64,000 bases of DNA, from assembly GCF_006345805.1 (NCBI RefSeq), contig NC_043014.1, forward strand, positions 35,650,001 to 35,714,000. Direction: 5' to 3'. Under the pieces are notes generated by a model. It searched no databases and was not told the origin of the DNA. It saw only the letters and a list, made by a program, of their open reading frames with translations. The translations under genes were made by a program, and so were the position numbers. Position 1 is the stretch's first letter. Every line of letters begins with the position of its first letter. Shown here piece by piece: positions 26,441 to 38,959 of this stretch. Source of the stretch: Octopus sinensis. Its lineage: Eukaryota.

Positions 26441-26489
26441 TAGTAGACATTTTCACTCAACATTAAAGTATATGTTTTAAGGTTAGCCA

Positions 26490-26970
26490 CCAACAGATAC
26501 TTTTATCGAGACACTATCTCTCGTAAGATTGTCCACCAAGACTGCAGAGCTCTTACTACCCATAAGTTGAGCCTGTTCCCATCGCATTTCTGTGTGTTGG
26601 GGACGATACTTAGCAGACATTTCAAAATCTGCGTTGTCCCCAATAGAGTAGTTATCTGGGCATGTTCTACCTTCATGTTAATCCCAATATCTCAAGCAAA
26701 TTTCTCAAATCTGATTGTTAAAGGTCCCAATGCCCCTACAGCCACTGGGATGGCATTTACTTTCTTCATAGCTCTTATTTGTGCAGTCTACTCTTTTAGT
26801 GGATCGTACTTCTCAGTCTTTTCCAGTTCATCATCCTCTCGTACATCCCAGATATGACATCTATTACCTTGGTTTTCTTTATCATTTTATCAGCGACAAT
26901 AATGTCTGGTCTCCGAGCATCAATCACTGAACGACACAGGATTGTAAAATCCTGCGAGATCTTATACTCA
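26490..26970 (-). mobile_element. R4/Dong-like RLE domain fragment from a further family
   Basis: Minus-strand translation DARRPDIIVADK..KVID..EKTEKYDPLK..IPVAVGALG..LLGTTQIL. Confidence 0.8.
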
Positions 26971-26974
<4 letters not shown>

Positions 26975-27003
<29 letters not shown>

Positions 27004-27257
27004 TCTTCTCTTCTTCTTCTTCTTCTTCTTCTTCCTCCTCCCTTCCTCTTCTTCTTCCCCTTCTTCTTCTTCTTCTTCTTCTTCTCCTTCTTCTTCTTCT
27101 CCCTCCCTTCCTCTTCTTCTTCTTCTTCTTCTTCTCCTTCTTCTTCTTCTCCCTCCCTTCCTCTTCTTCTTCTTCTTCTTCTCCTTCTTCTTCTTCCTCC
27201 CTTCCTCTTCTCCTTCTTCTTCTTCTTCTTCTTCTTCTTCTTTTTCTTCTTCTTCTT

Positions 27258-27305
<48 letters not shown>

Positions 27306-27375
27306 TTGTTGTTGCTGTTGCTGTCATCGTCATCGTCGTCATCATCATCATCATCACTATTACTACCACCACCAC
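26975..27375. repeat. Compound (CTT)n/(ATT)n/(CAT)n microsatellite
   Basis: Direct reading; a 50-bp sub-unit repeats at 27101 and 27151. Confidence 0.95.
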
Positions 27376-27527
27376 CATATTTGCCTTCGTCGTTAGGACG
27401 TCGAACAAAATGTATGTCGGTATTTTCTCTATTAAGTCTTGTGTCATTTGATATTACTCAATCTACTTAAAGCTTCAGTCTCCACGTTATACTTGCTTGC
27501 ATGTCTCGGTTTTTATGCAGTTTCTCT

Positions 27528-27580
27528 GTCTTTCAACATGACGTTTTCGTCTACTGGGATTTAAACTGTCATTGAAAGAC
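27528..27580 (-). ncRNA. Decayed hammerhead-like motif
   Basis: Long stem I GUCUUUCAA/UUGAAAGAC, stem II GUUUA/UAGAC, GAAA-AC-GUC; the 5' core is reduced to UGACA. Confidence 0.4.
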
Positions 27581-27880
27581 AACTTTTAGTTTTAGTGTTT
27601 CTTTGCTACATTACATGTATTAATGACTTTGTTTTTTGTTCTTGCTTTTCTTAACTTCACTAACAACATATACCTAAAACCATATATCTGGAGGCTTTTA
27701 CGATTCCGATTCCAGCTTCTGTGCATGCTCTATGTTTCAGTACCCTGTCTTTTTTGTGTCATTTTTGAAGTGCTGGCACTGTTTTCAATATCTGTATCTA
27801 TTTACTAGTTATCTGGAAATGATGGTGTACTGAAATTTTCCTAAAACTGCATATGTGTATATATGTATGCATGTATTTAT

Positions 27881-28005
27881 AGGCATGACTGTGTGGTAAG
27901 CAGCTTGCTTGCCAACCCCATGATTCCGGGTTTCGTCCCATAGTGTGGCACCTTGGGCAAGTGTTTTTTGCTATAGCCTCAGGCTGACAAAAGTCTTGTG
28001 TTAGA
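27881..28005 (+). mobile_element. SINE family A, 5' fragment
   Basis: Head homology. Confidence 0.8.
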
Positions 28006-28679
28006 ATTACCAGGAATTTTAAAATATGTACTAGAGTCGATTCATTCAACTAGAAATTCTTGAAGGCGGTAAACAGGTAAGTGATAAAAGTTATATGTAT
28101 GCATGAATGTATGTATGTATGTATGTATGTATGTATGTATGTATGTATGTATGTATGTATGTATGTATGTATACGCGCGTACGTTTGTGTGTACGTTTGT
28201 GTGCGTGTACACGGCCAAGTGTTCTTTTATGCTTTCCGCATATTCTATAATCATCTAAGACCTCATTTTAAAAGAGACAATGTAAGACTACATACCATCT
28301 TAAAACCGAAAGGTTATATTGGACAACGCAGACGTAGATATATTTTATATAATAAATGTAATGGAGACAAATGGAATGACTTCGATTATAGCTCCACGCA
28401 ATCAGGGCTGACCTGATCAACAGTATCAATTCCCTTACTACAAAATATTTCCATTTATGTATTTAAGGCTTTTACGAATATTCCTTAACCTTTTGTTGCT
28501 ATCAGATCTTCAAACTCAGTTTTAAAATCTAAAATGGCATTGAGCCCACAATGATTTACTTTTACCACAGCCCACATTTAATCTTCTTAAGTAAGTTCAT
28601 TCCTGTAAATCAGTAAATTCGTGGACTGCTAAAATGATGACGCTTTGAGAAACTTAAGGAAGAGGGTCTACAAAGGACA

Positions 28680-30950
28680 GAAGTAAAACAACACAGTGAA
28701 CTGAAGAAAGGAAAGTATCTCGACAGGGCTGTATATGTATTGGCAGGAAACAAGCTTCATTTGCAGGAAACAGTTGATTCATTTAGGAGTGGACGAATAA
28801 CACTATTTGGATCGAACCAGACAAGAGACTGCAGCAAGGAATAACAACAAAGTGATATCTAAGGTGAAGGGGTGATTAAACACTGTACCATTGCTCGAGT
28901 GGAAATAGTAGCCACATGAATCGTAAAATAGATGATGGATGTTTACTCCTATGATCCACCAAAGCACTACGACAGAGGTCAGCAAATCTTTAAAATGAAC
29001 AAACACTGTTAGCATTGTGATGTTAAGAAGTAACCTGTGCAATCTACCCTCTTCGCTGCTTAGGTGACAAAGTCAAGCACTCAACAGTAGAAGAGATCCC
29101 TGAAATTCACAAAAATCTGTCCCTGCTGAAGACTATTCCTGTAAAACCTAAAACACAATTGGGCATTTCGTGTTGTAGGAACACATCTTTCGATTCTGTA
29201 CAACTTATAAAGCCCAGGAGCAGTGCTGTTACTTAAGGGGTGGTCTTCTACTACCATATCAGAAGACTTACAAGTTCGTGCAGGTTTACTTCATGGATGA
29301 CAATGAGAGAATCTATGAAGATGCATTAATATCTATTTCTTTACTACCCACACGGGGCTAAACACAGAGAGGACAAACAAGGACAGACAAACGGATTAAG
29401 TCGATTATATCGACCCCAGTGCGTAACTGGCATTTATTTAATCGATCCCGAAACGATGAAACGCAAAGTCAACCTCGGCGGAATTTGAACTCAGAACGTA
29501 GCGGCAGACGAAATACCGCTAAGCATTTCGCCCGGCGTGCTAACGATTCTGCCAGCTCGCCGCCCTAATAGATGCATTAATATCAATGGTGGATTTCTGC
29601 TGTAGATAGTTATGAAATTAAACAGCAGAACTCATAAGCGGCATCAACAGCCTCAAATCATCATCAGAGATTACAAATAACCAACTGCAAAGCATGAATG
29701 CAAGCACAACGCACCTCTTAACGGTGAAACTGCAATCTTAATGGGTGATGAAGAGCACAGTTTACGTGATATTGCTTAGCAAAAAAAAAGTGGCTATTCG
29801 GAGAAAATATTTGAAACTCATAGAGCCAATGATTCACTCGATAACTTCTCGTCTGGAATAGTCAAAATTTTCAGCTACGACAAATTGACATAAAATTACA
29901 AGAAACCAGCCAAGTAATCAGTTGTAAAGAATTCATGGTACAGAACCGAATCAATCAAATGCCATAATTTTAAAAAGATACCATTCAGTTCATTGTAAAC
30001 ATGTATACTAAAGCAGGGAGAAAAGTTTGGTTACTTATGAAGAAACCAATAGAAGTTAAGACCGGAAGATAATATTCACCTTTGCGATGCCATCATTTTG
30101 GTGATAACCCCAAAATATGACAATATGCGTTTAATTGGAAGAAATGCCATTGTCCTTGTTGGTGATTTCGGGCAAATTTTGCCTGTGTAATTCCTTTAGG
30201 AACTCGAGACTATCAAACTAATTATTGTTTGAAAACCTCTTATCTCTGGCCTCATGTTCAGTGACTCAGTCTTGTCACCAATGTACGAGTGCGTTCGACA
30301 AGTAGTAATATCGTTGGTGAAACTGCCACCCAGTTATTCAAAGCGCAAAGCGGACTCCATGAAAGAGACTCCAATGACGTCTTTCAACTGTCTTTCAGCC
30401 GCATCACGGAAAAAGAACAAGAACTGAATGCAGGAGATTTTAATTCTATTCACATCAGACAATATTATGATTTTAGCTAGCTCTCAAGAACGAACAACCC
30501 TCGCTCTGAAATGTGTCACCGTGAGAGAAATCAACAGACAGCTAATGGATATGCAACCGAAGAGAAAAGATGCAACAATTAAATAGAAAATTTACAGGAT
30601 AAGTTGTAAATTATACAATCGAAATTCCGAACAATCCCAAATCAGCAGGAAATATCCACGTGATCGTTTAAGCTACTCTATAATTTGGATTTTCCAAAAT
30701 TTTGTAATGGTACAAGTTCGCTTGCAAAAATATTGTCTCACGTCCCGAACGTTACATTTCTGAAATGAAAATTTGCTGGTGGCAGTTTTTACAATCCCAG
30801 AACACCACTGAAGCAATCTGATCGGCTATTTGAATTGGAAAAGCTTCCATTTCCTCTCAAGGTTTGCTGTTGATGAAGCTCAAATCCGGATTTGTGCTTC
30901 TTTGTAGTGATTTTCGTCTGCCGCTGGTAGTGTTTTTAAACAATATACAA
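28680..30950 (+). mobile_element. Helitron RepHel relic (N-terminal region + PIF1-type helicase), interrupted by a SINE
   Basis: Fragments TTYKAQEQ..LLLP..KFVQVYFMDD, NAPLNGETAILM..LRDI..IFETHR, IVLVGDFGQILPV..CLKTSYLW..LVTNVR, ERTTLALK..EINRQLM, KFCNGT, FPLKVC. Confidence 0.8.
29334..29569 (-). mobile_element. SINE family B, full length, 15-bp TSD
   Basis: TSD AGATGCATTAATATC at 29319-33 and 29570-84; head GGCGAGCTGGCAGAATCGTTAG, B-box-like GAGTTCAAATTCC. Confidence 0.93.
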
Positions 30951-31164
30951 GCATAAGAGATGCTTTCTCATGACAAATGTTAATACCACTGTTTAGAAGG
31001 CTTTCAACAGTATATATGCTTTGAATATGATATACAGATTGCTAATTTGAACTAATACGCCTTGACCTAATAACGAATATGTATATATGTGTGTGTATGT
31101 ATGTATGCATGTGTATATGTATGTATGTAGGTATGTATGCATGCATGCATGTTCATAGTCAATA

Positions 31165-31338
31165 ATTGTTTTCATTATTTACATTATTTACATTATTTAC
31201 ATTATTTACATTCGACGGATATTTATCCTCATCTTGTTTGTTGTCAACACAAAGCTTCGGCTGATATAACCTCCAGCCTTCATCAGGTGTCGTGGGGAAA
31301 TTTTGAACCTGGGTTCTCATTCCTAAGGTATTTTTCGA

Positions 31339-31389
<51 letters not shown>

Positions 31390-31412
31390 CATCATTATTA
31401 TCATCATCATCA

Positions 31413-31464
<52 letters not shown>

Positions 31465-31481
31465 CATTATTATCATCATCA

Positions 31482-31528
<47 letters not shown>

Positions 31529-31548
31529 ATTGTTCAGGTCGCTGCTTG
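31165..31548 (-). mobile_element. Family G element (tRNA-head remnant + (AAT/GAT)n + hammerhead body + (AAATAATGT)n tail)
   Basis: Body homologous to 35218-35362 and 35705-35890; hammerhead at 31246-31291 with GAAAC changed to GAAGC. Confidence 0.85.
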
Positions 31549-32699
31549 GCAAATCATACTGAAAATCGAGATAGAGCGAGCTTTTGCCCTTTTGCTCGAC
31601 TTGTGGTTTCCATCCACGCTGTTAATTCACTTTTAGACTTTCATTATGTGCTAAGTACTTGTTTAATGCACAAGTAATATTCTTATCTGGTTTTCTCTTT
31701 CATTCTTCAAGTCTTGTATCATATCTTCTCCATTTATTCATATACATTTATAAACTTGTTTTTACTCTAATTCTTTAAATTCAATATATTTATATATCAG
31801 TAGATTAAATGTCTTTATAAACTTTTCTCTCTGCAGGGCGTCCTTTGTACATTTTTTTACTCACATTTTCACACACAAATCTTTGATAAACACTACGCTA
31901 CTCGACTAGTTGCCATCTGTTACGAAGCTTTCTGTGTCATACAGAGAAAAAGCAAAGACATTTACACTAGAGTCGATAAAATAAGTACCAATCAAATTAC
32001 TGATATCAATTCAATTGTTTGCAATTCCACCACTTTTAGCCAATGAAAGAAATTATTTTTATTCATATTTTTATTGTTCATGGTTTGAAAAATAAAACAT
32101 TAATAGCTTTCTTTTTTGCTTACATCACATGGAATTAGACATATCCTTGAAAACATGCAAAAAATATTCAAGCTTATGAAATGTATGAGAATGCTCAAAT
32201 GATATTTACAGTCACTAGTAAAGTTATTTTCTGGGACGCACATATGTCTATTCTTATCGGCAACCAGTTGTCGTATTTACACTTGAAGGTTCATATAAGT
32301 GCCACAGAATATAAAGATCGTTTCGTTAAAAAGTTAAAGCTGGGTGGCCAGTTTTGCTAATGGAATATGAAGTATTGTACCCCAAGACAGATAAGATATG
32401 AAACATTTGATATTTGTGTTATAGAAAAACATTCTATTCCATCTATTGCAGCAAAACGATGTTATCTTCCTGCATGGCAAATGTAGCTTGTGTTACTTGA
32501 TTTAATGTTGATTAGTTCAATCAAACCAGAGTTAGCTCTTTATTTCAAATATCCGCTTTACAAAAATACAGGCCGAAGAAAATAAATCTTTAGTGTTGTT
32601 TATTTCAGTCCTCAGAAACACTATGTACATTGTACTATATATATAAATCAGGTACAATACACTACACACAAATACACACACATACACATATAGGGACCC

Positions 32700-32980
32700 C
32701 CTTCGGTCATGAATGACTATGGGCTTGCTACCAGAAAGTTACCCTCCGAAGCGCAAATCTGGGCAAGGTTATTTATGGAAGAACAGCAGTCGCCCATGTC
32801 TAGCAGTCTCCCCTCTCCACGCCACCAATGTTATACAAGGGAAAGGCAAAGGCCGACACAGCTTGTCACCAGTGCTGAGTGAAACCAGAAATAAAGTGTC
32901 TTCCTCAAGAACACAGCACACAGCCCTACCTCATGATTGTGATCCCGACGCTCTAACCACTGATCCATGCGCTTTCATGC
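32700..32980 (-). mobile_element. tRNA-headed SINE (family C-like head, distinct body)
   Basis: Minus-strand head GCGCATGGATCAGTGGTTAGAGCG..TGTGTTCTTGAGGAAGACACTTTATTTC. Confidence 0.7.
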
Positions 32981-32989
32981 ATATATATA

Positions 32990-33800
32990 TGGACCAAACA
33001 AGAAAATCCAACGGGTTGAGATCGGGGCTTCCTGGGGGCCATATATCGTTACCTTTGAACGACGAAATGTTTTCTTTTCTGAATCCACTCTGGTGTCTGT
33101 TTGGAGCTGGAGGATGTTGCCGTGTCCTGCTGGAGACTTCAAGGTGCGCCTTGAACGTGCTCATTTGCCCATGGAAGCAGTTCAGCTTCCAGAATGTCGC
33201 TAATGTGTTACTAGGTGTTAATTTTAACAACCGAGAGCACAAAAACGAGGAGAAACCTTCCAGTGGCAGGTACAACCGCCCAACCATAACTGACGGTAGA
33301 ATTTGGCGTCGACGGAGTCAGATAACCTCCAAGGTCGGTCATTCTGATTGTTTACTGTCTGTAGATGCCAAATTTCTTTTCATCGGTTGGGTAGCGTGCC
33401 TTCAGCATTCTGATGCAGGTAAGAATGACTTTTCTTCAGTGTCATGGCCTTATAAATTTGTGATGAGCGCATGACGACGGATCATTTTGTAAGGGTGGGC
33501 ACTGAGATCGTTCTTCAGCACTTGATACATCGGTGTTCGGTCTATTTTTGTTGTGGCAGCCAGTTTTCTGACGGGACGACGAGGATATCGCCGTACCTTT
33601 TCTCTGGTACTTTTGGTCACTTGAGGAATCCGCACACTTCATCATCGGCCACGTCAAGTTCGAGCTGTGGTGGAACCAGTCTCTTGAAATGTTTTGACAA
33701 TTTTCCAGATCGGTGCTTGGTTAATTCTAATCTCTTTTGCTACAGCTGTATTGCTTTGGCCTCATTGTGGAGGGGTACGACTTTGGTGTATAGCCATTAT
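32990..33800 (-). mobile_element. Tc1/maT (DD37D-like) transposase relic
   Basis: Minus-strand translation KVRRYPRRPVRKLA..LKNDL..PYK, FQQD-like segment, WPPGSPDLNPLDF.VW. Confidence 0.85.
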
Positions 33801-33960
33801 GTAATTTATAAATCTGAATTTATTTAGTCTGAAACAAAAAGAAAGCAAATTAAGCTTTTGTTTTGATGTATAATTTTTATATATTATCACATTTATTGAT
33901 AGTTATTACTGCCAGAAACTTCGGCTGCTTTAATTTCGTGACATACGTGTGTGTGTGTGT

Positions 33961-34008
<48 letters not shown>

Positions 34009-34046
34009 ATGTGTGTGTGTATATATAGATACACACACACACACAC

Positions 34047-34132
<86 letters not shown>

Positions 34133-34168
34133 AATGAAAGAATGGAGTTGAACGTCGATTTAACAAAA

Positions 34169-34266
34169 TTCCTTTATTCTCGACATATGTTTCGAAGACT
34201 GCATATTACTAATTCCGAAGGAATAAAGGGTGCATTATGCCGCCTTCTCATCAGGAAAGACAAGGA
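34169..34266 (-). ncRNA. Type-I minimal hammerhead ribozyme with intact core
   Basis: CUGAUGA 34254-48; stem II GAAGGC/GUCUUC extended by GCAUA/UAUGC; GAAA 34193-90; palindrome ACAUAUGU; GUC with cleavage between 34182 and 34181; stem I UUUC/GAGA plus distal UUCCUU/AAGGAA. Confidence 0.85.
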
Positions 34267-34590
34267 ACTTATGTCAGCATCATGACGAACACAAACTTTT
34301 AGATGACTGCCCACACGGAGTCCATAGTGATAATGTAGCTTCAACCGTGTTTTCTGACGTGAATTTGCTACCCGGGTATCGGTTAACCGAATTATCCATA
34401 CTAGGATAATTCATTCAACTACTTATTTATATATATTTGTCAACATTGAAACTTTTAAGCATGTTTTTCTAATTCATAATTCTAAATTTTTACTATTGAT
34501 AAACAAAAAGTATTGTTGAAAATAGTTTGGTATATATATATATAAATAAATTTATTTTAAACAATTGCAAGTTTTTCTACAACAAATTTG

Positions 34591-34625
<35 letters not shown>

Positions 34626-35217
34626 ATATATACCAGGAAACAAGTTGCTAAAAATTATTGATCGTATTAAACGAATATTTCAAACAAGCTGATTAACGCA
34701 GACCTTATGCAGAGGAATTTTGCGCCAGCGCTTTCACAACCTTCAGCTTTTAAAACTGACATAGCAGGTTTATATTATGTGTGTATGAAAAACTGAAGAC
34801 AGAAAACCTCTTCCAATTGGCTGTCGGCGCTTTCGCTGCATTCAAACAACTCCTCTGATCCATTCCCTCCAAGATTTTTCCTGTAGAAACTGACATGTTC
34901 TAGGTGGGCGTCAACCAAACCAACGTCGTTAATCTTGGGCGGCTAGCAAATACGAAGGGCTTTTTACTTTTGCTTCTGTTATTTTACCAAAGACGTTTTA
35001 AATTGAGGTTGAAATCTAAACCAACTTATGGAAGTGTTTTCTACACTTATACTGTTATTTCGCTACTTTGAAGATTCTTTTCTAAACTTTAATTTCCACT
35101 CATGTATTCCATGTTAATGTGCTCTAACTTTTGTAGTGATACTTTGTGACTTTAATACTGAATTTCCTGTTGTTGTGCAGATACAAACGTATAGATAATC
35201 GTTTAACCACGATGATA

Positions 35218-35367
35218 TTTACATTATTTACATTTGACGGATATTTGTCCTCATCTTGTTTGTTGTTAACACAACGTTTCGGCTGATGTACCCTCCAGCT
35301 TTCATCAGGTGTCTTGGGGAAATTTCGAACCTGGGTTTTCAACCTAAGGTATTTTTCGATGTTATTA

Positions 35368-35457
<90 letters not shown>

Positions 35458-35474
35458 CTGTTGTTTTGTTGTTG

Positions 35475-35527
<53 letters not shown>

Positions 35528-35577
35528 TTATTATTATTATTATTATTCAGGTCACTGCGTGGAATCGAAATCAGAAT
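35218..35577 (-). mobile_element. Family G element, inverted 5'-truncated copy, with hammerhead at 35268-35313
   Basis: GACAC-CUGAUGA-A-AGCUG..CAGCC-GAAAC-GUU/GUGUU; the 29-bp head fragment 35549-77 is an exact reverse complement of 35618-46. Confidence 0.88.
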
Positions 35578-35583
35578 ATTAGG

Positions 35584-35647
35584 GTATTGGTTAAGAGTGT
35601 GAATCACAAACCCCAAGATTCTGATTTCGATTCCACGCAGTGACCTA

Positions 35648-35708
<61 letters not shown>

Positions 35709-35890
35709 TCGAAAAATACCTTAGGAATGAGAACCCATGTTCGAAATTTCCCCAAGGCACCTGATGAAGGCTGGAGGGTATATCAGCCGAAACGTTGTGA
35801 AAACAACAAACAAGATGAGGACAAATATCCGTCAAATGTAAATAATGTAAATAATGTACATAATTCCTCATCTCTTAAATATAGAACTGT
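35584..35890 (+). mobile_element. Family G element: tRNA-like head + (AAT)n + hammerhead (35756-35800) + (AAATAATGT)n
   Basis: A-box-like GTATTGGTTAAG, B-box-like GATTTCGATTCC; CUGAUGA 35761-67, extra A, GGCUG/CAGCC, GAAA 35789-92, CGUU with cleavage after 35796. Confidence 0.88.
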
Positions 35891-36223
35891 AATACGATGA
35901 TATTATCAAACACTATATATCCATTTAGTCTTTATGTTTTGCTTTCAACTCCCGCCGAGGGATTTCTTGTGCCTTCAGAAACAATATTTGGTGCGCTTAG
36001 AAAAATCGGTAGAACGTCGGATTAAAGAATACCGCCTCATTGCAGGTCAATATTCTGTCAGGGGTCCATCAAACGAAGTCTGTTTAATCGCCGAACACGC
36101 CCCCTCAACATTGCTGGCCTTACGCTTAAACTAGAAATCATTTTTACGCGTGGTTACTGAAAACGGCCCTACTCCTATACGTTTAGCTTAAATTTCCAGT
36201 CAGCTTAACATGATTATACATAT

Positions 36224-36447
36224 ACTCTTTTACTCTCTTTTACTTGTTTCAGTCATTTGACTGTGGCCATGCAGAAGCACCGACTTTAGTCGAGCAAATC
36301 GACCCCAGGACTTATCCTTTGTAACCCTAGTACTTATTCTATCGATCTCTTTTTGCCGAACTGCTAAGTTACGGGGACGCAAACACACCAGCATCGGTTG
36401 TCAAGTGATGTTGGGGGGACAAACACAGACACACAAACATACAAACC

Positions 36448-36487
<40 letters not shown>

Positions 36488-36658
36488 CATATATACGACG
36501 GGCTTCTTTCAGTTTCCGTCTACCAAATCCACTCACAACGCTATGGTCGGCCCGAGGTGATAGTAGAAGACACTTGCCCAAGGTGCCGCGCAGTGGGACT
36601 GAAACCGAAACCTTGTGGTTGGTAAGCAAGCTACTTACCATACAGCCACTCCTACGCC
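36224..36658 (-). mobile_element. SINE family A, full length
   Basis: Reverse-complement homology to 4232-4640. Confidence 0.9.
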
Positions 36659-36668
36659 TATGTATGTG

Positions 36669-36699
<31 letters not shown>

Positions 36700-36788
36700 G
36701 TACGCGTGTGTCTACTATCTTAAAGATGCACACATATACATATTCATGTGTGTGTTTGCATGCATATGTATATACATGTATATATAAC

Positions 36789-36825
<37 letters not shown>

Positions 36826-38066
36826 CTGAATATTCAGTTTAAGTTTAAATACTCAATGATAAATTAACTAATACCAGATTGAAATAAATGCACCTTGTGG
36901 AGATGGGGAGTATGTGACACGATCGAATAGAAAATCCTTAAAGGTTGTGCCCCAGCATGAGCGTGCTTTGAGGGATAAAAAAAAGCCATAAAAGAATTTA
37001 TAACGAACAAATAACGGAATACTCGCAACATAACAAATCGAACGTTGGGATGCAGCGACGTCCATTTTATATCCAGCTAAAGCAAAACATATTTAAAAAT
37101 AATAAATAAATATACAAACGAAATCAAGTAGCAAGAATACTTGAGACTGAAATGACTATAAGAGATAAGAGAAAAGACGAAAGTAAAAGAAAAAATAGAG
37201 AAAGTTGGTAGAAATAACAGCTTAAGGCATCCTATTTCGTTGGTTATCTGTTAGGAAGGTAGCATATTGGCATGGCTTATTTTCATAACCTATTTATCAC
37301 TACAGGCTTCGGGGGATGTGGATCCATGAGCGTATGTGAATGTTTGCTATTGGGTATGACTGTGTACGCATATGTACGCATACGCGTGTGCATGCGTGTG
37401 TGTGTGTGTATAATAAATATATGTGTATATGAATTTCTTTCTCTCTCTCTCTCTCTCAGTATATATATATTTACGTTACCATGAAGTGAAATGTATATAT
37501 ATATATATATATATATAATACATACATACATGCATGCATACATACATACATACATACATACATGCATACATACATACATACATACATACATACATACATA
37601 CATACATACATACATACATTTACATACATACATGCATGTGTGTCTTTGTGTGTGTGTGTGAAAATTATCGTGAGAAAGAGAGACACCAAGAGGAGATAAA
37701 TATATAGATATATAGATGTACAAATATATAGATATGCAAGATATATGCACAGATGTTAAACCATCAGAACTTACATTCGCATGTATACATTTTAAATTTA
37801 TACGTGTGTGAATGCACATATGTATATGTCTGTGTCAGTTTGTGATATACAGGCAAATGTATTCTATACACGTATAGGTGTTGTAATATATACAAACATG
37901 CATAAACACACACAAACACACACAAACACACATACACAAATATATATAAATATACACATATATATACATGCATTCTTACATATACGGACATGGGCATATA
38001 AGAACGTTTGCAAAGATGGATATGCGTTTTTGTGTGTGTGTGTGTACATATTCACGTCTCATATAA

Positions 38067-38100
<34 letters not shown>

Positions 38101-38308
38101 CACGCACACATATAGACGCAAAACGCAACTACACAAAAGGCAAAACACAAATACACTCATATATAGGTTTGGCTGCGTGAGACTACAGGCGTGCTTGTGT
38201 GACACATTATGTAGAGCATCTCTCACATCTCTCAGATAACCAGAAAAGTCGGCCGAGAGCACCACTCCAGCACTTCAGCTCTCCACCGCCCCTACCACCA
38301 TCACCACC

Positions 38309-38339
<31 letters not shown>

Positions 38340-38559
38340 GCACAACCGCCACACACATATACCTTTGCCAGCGCTACCAAGAACACAACGACAACAAGCC
38401 TTACTTCTATTACTACCATTACGACGATGCGATAATGAAGCCTATACGTCCTTGCTCGGCTTGCAAGAAACAGCAGCCAGATTTCCCTCAAATGATATAT
38501 TGCAGTCTTGAAAATCAGATAAGAATACTTTGGGTATGCTTTGTCTAACATCAGTAGCT

Positions 38560-38955
38560 TTATCTTTTACTTGCTTCAGTCATTGGATGAAGGCCATGCT
38601 GGAGCACCGCCTTTAGTCGAGCAAATCGACCCCGGGACTTATTCTTTGTAAGCCCAGTACTTATTCTATTGGTCTCTTTTTGCCGAACCGCTAAGTGACG
38701 GGGACGTAAACACACCAGCATCGGTTGTCAAGCTATGCTAGGGGGACAAACACAGACACACAAACACACACACATACATATATTATATATATATACGACA
38801 GGCTTCTTTCAGTTTCCGTCTACCAAATCCACTCACAAGGCATTGGTCGGCCCGAGGCTATAGCAGAAGACACTTGCCCAAGATGCCACGCAGTGGGACT
38901 GAACCCGAAACCATGTGGTTGGTTAGCAAGCTACTTACCACACAGCCACTCCTGC
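38560..38955 (-). mobile_element. SINE family A, full length
   Basis: Reverse-complement homology to 5193-5590. Confidence 0.92.
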
Positions 38956-38959
38956 ACTC

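Noticed and set aside
31170-31212. CRISPR-like array
   Set aside because: A 9-bp head-to-tail tandem (ATTATTTAC)n with no spacers; it is an element tail. No repeat-spacer array or cas gene is visible anywhere in the window.
32713-33474. 253-aa plus-strand ORF
   Set aside because: Chimeric antisense read-through of a SINE and the maT relic.
34810-34960. Promoter (CCAAT- and GC-box-like words)
   Set aside because: Short motifs expected by chance, with no linked exon or TSS evidence.
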